64,000 bases of DNA. Source: Octopus sinensis (taxonomy: Eukaryota). The DNA is taken from positions 62,001 through 126,000 of the forward strand of contig NW_021826031.1 in the NCBI RefSeq assembly GCF_006345805.1, read 5' to 3'. The position numbers were made by a program, and so were the translations under genes. Of this stretch, positions 53,593-64,000 are shown in pieces. The notes below the pieces were generated by a model that worked only from the letters and a program-made list of their open reading frames with translations, ran no database searches and had not been told where the DNA came from. Numbering within the stretch: the first letter of the stretch is position 1; each line of letters begins with the position of its first letter.

Positions 53593-53738
53593 CAGTTGGA
53601 AACAAAAAATTGCAAACCTCCTTTTTTACCACCTCCCTTTTTGTCACTATTTTGGTCGGTCCTGGCAATAAATAGAGGGTTGAGTGTGAATGTAATGATA
53701 CTTATTTTATTCCGAACAACAAATGTGTTATTTGTTAG

Positions 53739-54877
53739 TTAATTGTCATCACTTTCCTGAGGTTCTGCCGGCTCATTTTCATCCGGCTCATTTTCATCCG
53801 CCCCATTTACCTCATCTCCATCAACTTGCTCGAGATTCTCTTCCTCATTATCATGTGTCGTGACACCCACGATCTCCAAATCTTCAGTGATGTTGTCGTC
53901 TTCGTTGTTCTCTTCCAATGCTTCCTTGTCTTCATTTGCTGTGATTTCCTCTTCGTTGGGAGGCTCCGAGACTTGATCGACTGGTTTATCCTCTTCCTCA
54001 ACTACGGGTTCCTCGGGTTTGATTTCTTGGTCTAAAACTCCACTTTCGATGATTTGTTCAGGAGGTTGTGGAATCTCAGTGGTCGTGTTTGAAGAATAGT
54101 TCTCGATGGAATGGACCTTCCACTTGGGGGCAACATTGATCTCCTCTTCTTCTGGGTGTTCCTCGTCCCCCTAGGCTATGTACAGAAGTAATCCAACCAT
54201 GTTGATGATCTCATATGTACCGATTTGTGCACAGCCGACATCAAAAATGTATCGGCCCCTTCCTTGTGGCTATTGGGAATATATATTTTCGAATAATACT
54301 TTATTATTGTTGAATTTGCCTACGAATTTGTGGTTCCGGTGAATGAGTTCTCCGTACCCCACTTGCTTGCCCTCTTTCCACATTCCGACGTATTTCGACC
54401 CTCCTTCTGCGTAGGTGTAGACCCCTCGGCCATTCCTCTGGTTGGAGTACCACTCCCCCTCGTATGTGTCTCCGTTCACATAACAATATTTCCCCAATCC
54501 AAATCTCTGGTCGTTGGCCCATCGCCCTGTCAATCAGTTTACAGGGGATACCTTCGTATGAAGACCCGTCTGGATAATAAAATGTGCCTTCTCCGTGTTT
54601 TAGAGACCCCAAATACTCCCCGTCATAGCGTGAACCATTTTTAAATCAATTTGATAAGGCACATGTCTTACTTATACAAACCACGTCCATTTCGTTTTCC
54701 ATTTTCATATTGTCCTTCGTATGTGTCTCCATTGGGAAGTATTGCCTTGCCGTAACCGTGTCTTTCTTCATTCTCATTTCTTTCCCCCTCGTAAGACTAG
54801 AGGGACTAATTTTAGAACAATACTCCGAGAGTTGGGCCCTGCTCTTCCTCCCCTTCTTCTGAGTCAGTGAAAGACAT
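53739..54877 (-). CDS. RSPH1: Radial spoke head 1 (MORN repeats, acidic tail)
   Basis: [55 protein letters not shown]; five introns, one apparently GT-TG. Confidence 0.9.
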
Positions 54878-54888
54878 TTCCCTCTTCA

Positions 54889-54901
54889 ATTACTTAGCAA
54901 C
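54889..54901 (-). promoter_or_regulatory. X-box-like motif 11 nt upstream of the RSPH1 ATG
   Basis: GTTGCTAAGTAAT. Confidence 0.5.
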
Positions 54902-55079
54902 ACTATTTTTTGAACACAGAAAATAAATAATAATATTCAATTAAATTATAGAAACGTCATTGCTCCTCTTTAAATGTGTTTTTAATCATGTTTTCAGAAC
55001 TGCCCTCTGATGTACAAAATATTTTTTTACAAAAACAGAAAATTATAAGCTAATTAAGATTTTCATGTGCTACGTTTAG

Positions 55080-56780
55080 TATCCTTCCACACATTTGTTA
55101 CCATTCTTCCTGTTATTTACTATTTTTCGTAGTGCATCGAGATCCTCTCCACTTTGTTTATTCCTGCTAAGCCTTCGGCAAGAAAAGTGGTTATGGGCTT
55201 TCACGGAATGCCTATTTGGATTGAACAAAATAACTTTCCATGGATCTTTTTTGTCGGAGACCTCAATGCACACAACACATCCTGGTACAAATCAAACTCT
55301 AACAACTTTCGCGGAAACCTAATATGTGAATAATTAAACAATCTATTCATCCTCAACAAACTCAAAAAATACCCCCTCCAACCATACCAATCAAACCACA
55401 ACACCACCTTTTGGATATCTCATTCTGCTCTCCAAACCTAACATCAAATACCACATGGAATACAATTAATGAACTATCATCAGATCATACACCAATCCTA
55501 ATACAAACAAATGCCATAATCAACATTCCGAACAATAACACGTTCATAAACTACAAAAGAGCCAAATGGAGCCTCTATAAAAACGGAACCGAACAATTTT
55601 TCTTGGAAATTACCGGGGACATACGCCTGTCAAATATACATAAATCCAACAAGCTTTTCACCGATATTATCTCGAAAACAGCGAAGACACATCCAATGGG
55701 GAACATAAGGAAATACAACCCGAATTACACCAAGGAAATAGCAGATTTAATGAAAACTCATGACAACCTCAAACACAATACGTCATGGATATTGCCACCC
55801 GACTAAGAGAGCTAAACAAGAAGATATCTAACAAACTCAAGGAAAGGTAAAAAAAACTGGCGTCAGTTCGGCAATACCCTCAACTACAAAACAAAAACAC
55901 TCTTCAACACAATAAACAGAATCGTCAACTCGGACAATGGAGAAACCCATGAGTCTATAAAATCTAAAAATGGTCTACCCACTGACAAAGAACATGCCAA
56001 TCCCTTGATGAAACACTTCAAAACATAGCCACCGCAAACGAGATTGTCACTCACACAAACCACGAGTACAGAAATACCTCCTTGACAACAATTCCAATCC
56101 ATTCATCCAATAAGAAGTGAAAAACGTAATTGCCATCCTTAAGCAATCCCATGCAACTGGACCCGACAACATTAGCAGTTTCCACCTCAAAGGTCTGGGT
56201 GATCATTGATTAAAATATCTCACATCGATACTAAATGAATCTTTTAACAACAACACCATCCCACAAATATGGAAAATTGGGATAATTGTCACAAAATTAA
56301 AACCACATAAACCAGCTGCCGACCCATCATACTGACCAATCACACTTCTGTGTACCTCCTCAAAAATAATGGAACGTCTAATTTTAAACAGAATATCTCA
56401 TAAACTTTTAATTAGCAAAAAGCAACATGGCTTCAGACAATATCATTCAACGATAACTCTATTCACAAATATGACACAAACAATATCAAACGGATTCAAC
56501 AAAAAAAACCCTCCCCTTCGGACAATATTAATCATTCTGGATCTAAGCTAAGGTTTTGACCCTATTCTGCGACTCACACTAACAAATAAAATCATAAACA
56601 CAAATATTGATAATAACTTAAAATAATGGATATCCAATTACCTCAGTGGGAGACAAGGTTATGCCCAACTCAACAAAAACGCTCAAATACATGAATCCTC
56701 CTCAATAGAGAACCTCAGGGCTCAGTCCTATCCTCCATACTTTTCAACACTTACCTAAATGACATTCCTACACCGTCCAG
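55080..56780 (+). mobile_element. Degenerate I/Jockey-like LINE (AP endonuclease + RT)
   Basis: GDLNAH, LSSDHTPI, ATGPDNI, PITLLCTSSKIMERLI, QHGFR, PQGSVLSSILFN; multiple stops. Confidence 0.85.
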
Positions 56781-57084
56781 ACAATATCAATCATTCCTTT
56801 TTATTATATTACAATAAATAAAATTTAAATGTTATAAGTGCTAAATTTTTTAATTATAAATGCTAGATTTTGTGATTTTTCAACGCTAAATTTGTTTCAA
56901 GTGCTAAAAAAACTTTCCCTAATGATGACCCAAAGACCTCAAGAAAACCGCAATCTCATAACTACCGCGTCTAAGGGAGAAAATTATTCGGAACGCTCCA
57001 CAAGCAATCTGACTAAATAAACTAATCTTACAATTATATTTTAAATTCCAAAAAATGCATGTTAATAAGCAAATTTAGTATGAA

Positions 57085-57904
57085 TTAGTCATTCTTTCCA
57101 TATTGCTGATATTCCGTCTGATACATTCGAGGAACACTCATCACGTGTGTTGTAGAAGGGGCTATAATCAACTACCAAAACCAACAACCCACTGCCTGAA
57201 CATTAGCCTCCGGCATACTCATTCCCGATATTTGTCTCCCAACATAATTCTGACTATACTCACTCACCTGTGCACTACAAACTCACTCCGAGTCACAACC
57301 AGGACAAAACAGGCCGAGAAATATGCCGAATTGTACTCTCCTTCCTTACCACTTTTGTCGGTCTCGACTCAGTTCTGAACAATGTTAGCTCGTCACGTGA
57401 AAATGATCTGTGGGTCATTCCTGTGGTAGTTCCGTAGTCTTCAACCACATATCCGACCGTCCCCAGAGGTCCCCTTTGCTCCAATCCTTTCCCTTTCAAT
57501 GTCCCGATTGGTCGTGGAGTAACAAAATCTGTCCGTGTCACTGAAATGTCTTTCGAAAAAGGTTGATCAACAAATGGTCCCCCAACCTGGTCAAAATAAA
57601 CGGAAACCTTCGATTTGCAGTAATTCACGTTATTTAGGCCAGTTGGTTTGGATAATAATTTGTTTCCGTAGCTGTTTCCCCCGGCGTTTGTGCCTGAAGT
57701 GAATTTTCTGTCAAAATTGGTGTGGTATGTGGTCGAGTAATAATTTCCCGACATTGTTTTGTTTCCAATTTTAAATAATGGAGGAATAGGTCTCTCTCCA
57801 GCTAACTAAATGAATTTTTATGGGATTTTAGGCACTGGAATTTTCGATGGCGGGAAGACATATCCTGTCTTCCACGTGTTGTAGTTGTCAAGGGCAGATT
57901 CCAT
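57085..57904 (-). CDS. Probable ciliary microtubule inner protein (weakly SAXO4/PPP1R32-like)
   Basis: Spliced ORF with three introns; short motifs YSTTYHTNF, SVTRTDF, SEYSQNY, MYQTEYQQYG; X-box-like motif next to ATG; head-to-head with PACRG. Confidence 0.55.
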
Positions 57905-57905
57905 C

Positions 57906-57918
57906 GTTGCCGTGACTC
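57906..57918. promoter_or_regulatory. X-box-like motif 1 nt upstream of the ATG at 57904
   Basis: GTTGCCGTGACTC. Confidence 0.45.
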
Positions 57919-58088
57919 TTTATAATAAAAATATTTATTATTATAATTTTATGGTTGATTAACAGTTTTAAATTATATTTAATTCATTTTGAAGAGAAAA
58001 GGCATTTTAATCCTAATTTACGTATTAATGACGTAAGCAGATCCTCGGGTTTTTTGAATAACCACATAACGTGGATATATAAAAAATA

Positions 58089-58718
58089 TTATTATTATAA
58101 AGCACTTTCGGAAAAGTCATAAGTTAATTAAGCTTTCCTTGTGCCACCATTGAAATTCTCCCGGTCATGCGTCTCCAGGCTCTCCGGTCAGTTGCGATCG
58201 TCCTGAGTGAGTCGAGATCATCGCCATTTTTCAGTTTTTTATTAATTCCAGCTAGATCTTCATTTAGCGTGGTAGCCAGAGTGACCCTGGGTCTTCCACG
58301 GAAGTCTCCTTTGGAATGGGCAAAGTAGTTTTCCATCGCGATATTCGGCGGAGTGAGGCTGTCAAGTCTTAATATGTGTCCAAAGAGTCGCCATCTGGAC
58401 TCCAGGATGTCCATAGAGATCGGTCTCGAATTGCATCTTTTGTATAGGGTGGAATTTGCTATTTTCCTTGAGAATTGCATGTTTATCACTCTTCTCAGTT
58501 GGTTCCGATGAAATCGGTCCAAATTGTTCATATCGGTCTTACTGATTCCCCACGTCGATCCATTGTACATTAGGACTGGGACAACAAATGTGTTGTATAT
58601 TTTAAGTTTTGTCTTTGAATTTAGCTTCTTTAGGCGCCAGATGTTCATAAACTTATTGTATGTGGCAATTGATAGTATTTTTCTGTGCATAATGTCTTCA
58701 GAGTCCCCTAAGAGAGAG
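58089..58718 (-). mobile_element. 5'-truncated RTE-like LINE, intact frame, (TAA)n tail, 12-bp TSD
   Basis: KLKIYNTFVVPVLMYNGSTW..RWRLFGHILRL..RGRPR..DRRAWR; ATATAAAAAATA at 58077-58088 and 58719-58730. Confidence 0.9.
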
Positions 58719-58782
58719 ATATAAAAAATAAATATACTTTTATAAATAATAATTTAATAAAAATAATATTAATTAATAAAAG

Positions 58783-58795
58783 GTTTCCAGGACTC
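58783..58795 (+). promoter_or_regulatory. X-box-like motif 4 nt upstream of the PACRG ATG
   Basis: GTTTCCAGGACTC. Confidence 0.4.
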
Positions 58796-58799
58796 CCAA

Positions 58800-59537
58800 A
58801 TGCTATGCTACAAGAATAACAAAATTTCTCAAAAACTAAAACAAAACGAGCAACCTCCAGTAGCCGGGGCATTTAAACAACGGAAAGCAAAACCTTCACT
58901 TTTCCGTTACTACTACGAACGAGGGGACTTCCCCATTGCCCTCGAACACGACACAAAGGGCAACAAAATCGCCTGGAAAGTTGTTTCTCTCATTTAATTG
59001 TCAGGTGGAAATAGAAAAGCTGAACTACAGGCACTATCTGCCACTCTTTTTTGACGGCCTCAGCGAGACTGAGCATCCTTATGAGTTCTTTGCCAGACAA
59101 GGAGTCCACGACATGTTAGAACACGGGGCTGGAATGGTGAGAGATATTGTCCCTCAGTTGATCCTTCCAATTAAAAGTGAGGACATAAATTAGATTGTAG
59201 GTGCTCTTGAGACGAGGAATCCCCAAGTGATTTGTACTACTTTGAAGGTTATTCAGCATTTGGTCTTGTCGGACGAAATGGTGGGACAGGCTTTGGTCCC
59301 TTACTATCGACAGATTCTTCCAATCCTCAATATTTTTAAAAATTTTAACCGTTTAACTTTTGGTTGAATAATTTAGTCAATATTGGGGACGCAATTGACT
59401 ATGGGCAACAAAAAAAGGAAAATATTGGAGATTTAATTCATGAAACGCTCGAAATACTCGAAATCCACGGAGGAGAGGATTCTTTCATAAACATAAAATA
59501 CATGATTCCTACATTCGAATCATCCATTCTTAACTAA
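58800..59537 (+). CDS. PACRG: Parkin co-regulated gene protein (axonemal inner junction)
   Basis: [57 protein letters not shown]. Confidence 0.95.
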
Positions 59538-59849
59538 TATTGATATTTTTGCACTAATCACTAATTGCCCTAACTTAATGCTAATTTTTCACATTGTTAT
59601 TACAAATCAGTATAATTTAACAAAATTAAACTACACTCCTCGACAAAAAATGATTCAAAATCATATTTATCTTTGATAAATATAGTAATTTTGAAAAACT
59701 TAGTTGATTAGCTATGATTAGGAAGTTGAAGATAACTTTGTTCAGTCGACTATCTTTAATGAGGTGGTTGAAATACGGGTGGACACGCCAATCAAAACGG
59801 ATATTAAAGTCTATAAGAATAAACTGGATAATTTTGTCTACGACAAGGT

Positions 59850-60130
59850 TCGGAACATCAAAATTGGAATTATTTCTCAATAATTTTTAAAGCATATGGA
59901 AGTCAGGAAATTACATAAATACGATCTCTTCGCAAGATAATTGAAGTTAATCCACGGTGCAAAAGTAGACGTCATATCACTGGTTTTCACGTGGGATAGA
60001 ATAGTATCCAAGTTTTACAAGCACTAACAAAACTCTTTAAAAATTGAAAATTCAACTCATGCCTATTTCCAGACAATTGTGACTAAAAAATCCACTAGAA
60101 AGCATGTGTCCCAAACACAAACTCTCAGCT
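59850..60130 (+). mobile_element. Degenerate R4/Dong-like endonuclease fragment
   Basis: KLHKYDLFA..AKVDVISLVFTWDRIVSKFYK; paralogue of 61257-61832, with stops. Confidence 0.7.
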
Positions 60131-60439
60131 ACGGGGGCGAATCACGTAACAAGTATTGCAATAGATTTTAGGGCAATCAATGAGCGACTGAATGGAGGAT
60201 GCAGCCACCACGAGACATCAACGAAACACATTAACGCTGTATCCCTCATGTGTCTGGCAAATGGAAGATATCCATCGGAAACCAGGATCTGGAAGGCTAA
60301 AAATACTTAGTGGAAATGATTTTAAAGAATTCGTAAAGAATTAAAAAATCCGACAAAAACATTGAGAGATCTCAAATGAAATGACGAAACGAGCAAATAA
60401 AACAATTTCTTGATAAAGAATTTTTTTTATCCATTTTTT

Positions 60440-61148
60440 TTAGCTAAAAACGAAAAGAGTTAAAATGCGCAGCGGATCGACTGGCAATTCCCTCGCATGA
60501 TGGCCATGAGATCCTTTGAAAGAGTCTGATCGACTCGTTGGGATCTTTCGTGGCAACCACGAGCTTAGATCCAAGGCTGCGGGAAGAAACGATAGCGTCT
60601 GCGGCCGATGACTCCAGAGGTTTCCACCGCGACTGCAGTGAATTGGTGATTCTTTGCCAGGACCCGGTACTTCTTCTGTTTTGTTAGTTCCGCCTGCTTT
60701 GCACTGAGCCCGGTTCCGCAGCGGAGACAATTAGATTCTTGGCGGAGAAAGTGTCGGAACAGGTGGCGTCCCAGATAAGGCATTTCCCCTTTTCAAACGG
60801 GAAGATTGACATGCCATCCGGGGCTTACCGTCGCCTCTGTCGAGCCCGACTGGTTCGAGTCATTAGGAAACCCCGCCGTCGTTAGGGCACGGCTCACGGT
60901 GTCGTTGATGGCGGCGTGTCGTGGGAAACGTCCGGCACTACGTGAGCAGGAGAGAGGGGATGATGGCCAAATGAGTCCACTCTTAAACCGCAGCGGCACT
61001 GGTGTGTTTTGCAAATGGGAAGTCCGAGGCGGAGAGAGACGGAAATCCTTACACAGTCGTTGTCCATTAAGGTGCCGATTGACGCCATAGGGATTGCTGT
61101 AAGCCATGCACCGGAATATGGTTGCGAGGCGGCCAATAAGCAAGCCAA
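60440..61148 (-). mobile_element. CRE-like retrotransposon C-terminus (CCHC knuckle + restriction-like endonuclease)
   Basis: [45 protein letters not shown]; frameshifted. Confidence 0.85.
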
Positions 61149-61256
61149 AATTATAAGAAATCTTTACGAGAATGCTATAGTTAAAGAAAATAAGCCATTT
61201 TTGAACTCAAAAATTAAAATGTTCATAAGAATTAATTATGTAAATTCTATCTTAAA

Positions 61257-61832
61257 TTATTTAAGAATCCAGATCGTCAGTGATTTCTCTTCTTCGCTTG
61301 AAGAAGAGTTTGCAACAAAATTCTCATCATTTTCCATTTCTGCGTCAAAGTAATTGTTTAATTGAGTGTCCTCACGACATGCCAGCTCCGCAAGTTGATT
61401 GGCGGCAGAGGCGTACTCCTCGTTGTCTACCTTCATCCCATGTCTGTGTTCAATAAGCATACTCTCTAGAGTCCTCTTCAGCACAACCGACTGGATGTAT
61501 GTCCTCGTTCCTTCTTCAATGGATAACTTGTCCATATGACTTTTAAAGAACTTTGAGACAACTCCATCCCATGTCAAAACAATTGGAATAATCTTCACTT
61601 TTGCTTCATAGAGAACCGACAGTTCGTTTGCAAGCAGGTCATATTTGTGAAATTTCTCCACTTCAACTTGCTTTAAACGGTCTTGCGAGGTAACTCCCAC
61701 TTCGATTAAATGAATTTCTCTTTTCCTCTTGTCATAAACGAAGATATCAGGTTTATTGAATTGAACTTTCGTTTCAGTCATAATTGACGTGTCAACTCTG
61801 ATTTCGACATTTGGGGTCGACATTGTTGACAC
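61257..61832 (-). mobile_element. R4/Dong-like non-LTR retrotransposon endonuclease domain
   Basis: NKPDIFVYDK..LIEVGVTSQD..EKFHKYDLLANEL..IIPIVLTWDGVV. Confidence 0.85.
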
Positions 61833-62059
61833 AACTGAATGTCATTTTAATTTCCTGCTTCGCACCATTTTTGAATATAAGGCAAATAAATACTAAAAAA
61901 GATTTGAACAAATGAAGATTTCTTATCATATCTGATGACAAATGGAAAGCACAATTTTTTCTGAAGAATGCATTTTTCATGTGATCCTGAACAAACAAAA
62001 AAGCCGTGAACAACTTAAAATATTTCAACAGTGAAATTTGGAACAGGTTGATTTGGCCT

Positions 62060-62345
62060 GAAATTTTACTTAACAAAAAAAGGCAGCATGGTATGAGGAT
62101 TTTTTTTAGCGGCGTTTGAAAATTAGTTTTTGTTGAATTCTGCAAAATATTTAAATCTTATACTCAACAGGCTACATAGCTCAGTTGAAAGATTGATCTT
62201 ATGGCTTTGTTTTTCAACATGATAATGCACCGTGTCATACAGCGAAGCTAACCATGAATTATTTCGATAAAGAAAATATAAAAACACTATAGACTGCCAA
62301 TCCCAGTCACCTGATATAAATACAATTGAGAATTTGAAAAATGTT
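62060..62345 (+). mobile_element. Tc1-family transposase DDE remnant
   Basis: FVFQHDNAPCHTAK..QSPDINTIENL. Confidence 0.8.
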
Positions 62346-62429
62346 GACGAATTAAAATATGATCTTTTTCTTAATTTTAAATCATTTTGATGTCATTTGA
62401 ATTCTTGCTTTTCACTATTTTTTAGAGAA

Positions 62430-62885
62430 ATTTGGTACGAGAAAGCTCTACTCAGTATGGATTGATGTCAAGAAGGCATTCGATTCTATCGATCATACCT
62501 TTTTACTCCATGTGCTAGAGTGTTCAGGGATCCCTTCGTGGATAACGGACTTTGTGAAGAATATTGTTAAAAGATGGAATGCAAACCTCCAAATTGACCA
62601 ACAAAAAATTGGCTTTGTAGAACTTGGTTTAGAAATCCTACAAGGGGACTCATTATCCCAACAATTTTTCGTTATGTCGAATATTAAATGAGACATTTCC
62701 AAAATTGCTGATTAACCAAAGTGACCCTAATATGGAGACTTACTCGACGAATCATTTGTTCTTTGTGGACGATCTTAAACTACTTGCATATAAAGAGAAT
62801 ACGATTCTAGAAATGATGAAAACAGTCCGGAATTTTTTGAAACTGCCGGTTTGGCGATGAATCCTCAAAAATCTGCGTCCATTTA
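62430..62885 (+). mobile_element. R4/Dong-like reverse transcriptase core fragment
   Basis: WIDVKKAFDSIDH, ILQGDSLS, NHLFFVDDLKLLA, GLAMNPQKSA. Confidence 0.85.
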
Positions 62886-64000
62886 ATTTAAATAAATATA
62901 AATAAACGGATTAGTTCGTTGTTGTAATTAATTATTTATTCTTGTGATGAGTCTACTACGATCTGGACAGACTGATTATCCAGTCAAGACTCTTCTCCTG
63001 TCTATGACCATCCCTGCATTCCGACTTATCAGATATATTTCAGGAAAGGAAGGTTAATTATCCACTAACCCACCAGTGAGTATCCCCCTCACTTTAATCT
63101 CCACATTTCATTGCTTTGGAATTGTCTCTCATTGCTCTAAATTCCACCTCACATCACTAATTGCTTATTTCCTAATGTTAACAACTCAAGTATGTTATGG
63201 TATATACACTCAACTCACACTTAGACCATCCAATTGTCGAAATAACGTGCAGTTTAGCCTACTGTTTATATTCTACCACAATTTTCCAACTCCTTCCCCT
63301 CACATTTTCCATAGTTGAGGGTTGTGTGGTCATACAACTTGTCTATGAGTGGCTATTTGCATTTATTCGTTCAGTTTTGCGTTGTTTTCAACCAGTAGAG
63401 TCGCACTGTAATTAAATTGGTCGGTTTTTGTCGTTATTTACTCATCGATTTCACATTATTTGGGACAAATGAACTTAAATTAGTCTTTCTAGGCATTTAA
63501 TTAGCAGGCATTCGTGTTGGTGGCTTTTTATTTGACTGTTTTGTTCGTCCTTTGGTCTCATTCACGACTAATTTGTGCTGTTTTTTCATCATTTGTGGCT
63601 GTTTCGACATATAAACTGGCATTTTCCATACATTTAAAATACAGTCCACTCATTAAACCAATCCATGTGTCATTTATCATTATTATAATTGTAGATTTAT
63701 TTAATTTCTCTCTGGATTGGCCTATTTCTGGTTGGTTTTGTGTTCACTTTGATTGTCCATTTGAAGAATATTAAAGTGACGTGTATTCATCGTAAATTCT
63801 TTCATTTTCTTGGACTGATTGTGACTGTGAGTGGACTGGACTATTGCAAGCCCCTTTTAGAGGTCTGTGTTGTCCTTGGAGTTATTTTTGTGGTGGAATT
63901 GGAAGTTCTGAGAGTACTGGGATATACCAAAGTCAGTCAAGTCATGGATTCCTTTACAAACTCAAAGGAAGGAGGCACTGTTGTGCTTACTCATGCTTAT

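Noticed and set aside
62930-64000. Coding or retroelement sequence at the window end
   Set aside because: All frames interrupted and no diagnostic motif recognised.

Overview
This is eukaryotic (animal) nuclear DNA from a very compact, AT-rich genome using the standard code. Genes are split by tiny spliceosomal introns (about 21-37 nt), so the ORF track is fragmented and misses whole genes. Manual splicing recovers an EF-hand protein, SART3, MRPS31, TFIIE-beta, Cdc25 (twice, via a 1629-bp tandem duplication), Misato, CCDC86, cardiolipin synthase, thymidylate synthase, NFX1, a MYST acetyltransferase, BCS1, TEN1, NPHP4, CNNM, RSPH1, a probable ciliary microtubule-inner protein and PACRG. It also recovers an ~11.8-kb orphan coiled-coil gene whose 3' third is a 163-bp tandem array made of two micro-exons plus two micro-introns. 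Interspersed are remnants of RTE-like, CRE-like, R4/Dong-like and I/Jockey-like LINEs, hAT and Tc1 transposases, and an intron-containing rve integrase. Tiny introns plus motile-cilia genes suggest a dicyemid-like mesozoan (inference only). The strongest leads are the spliced 35-aa repeat array in the giant gene, RFX X-box-like motifs sitting on or within ~11 nt of ciliary start codons, and operon-like spacing. Some frameshifts look like unpolished long-read deletion errors. All homology calls are from recalled motifs; no searches were run.
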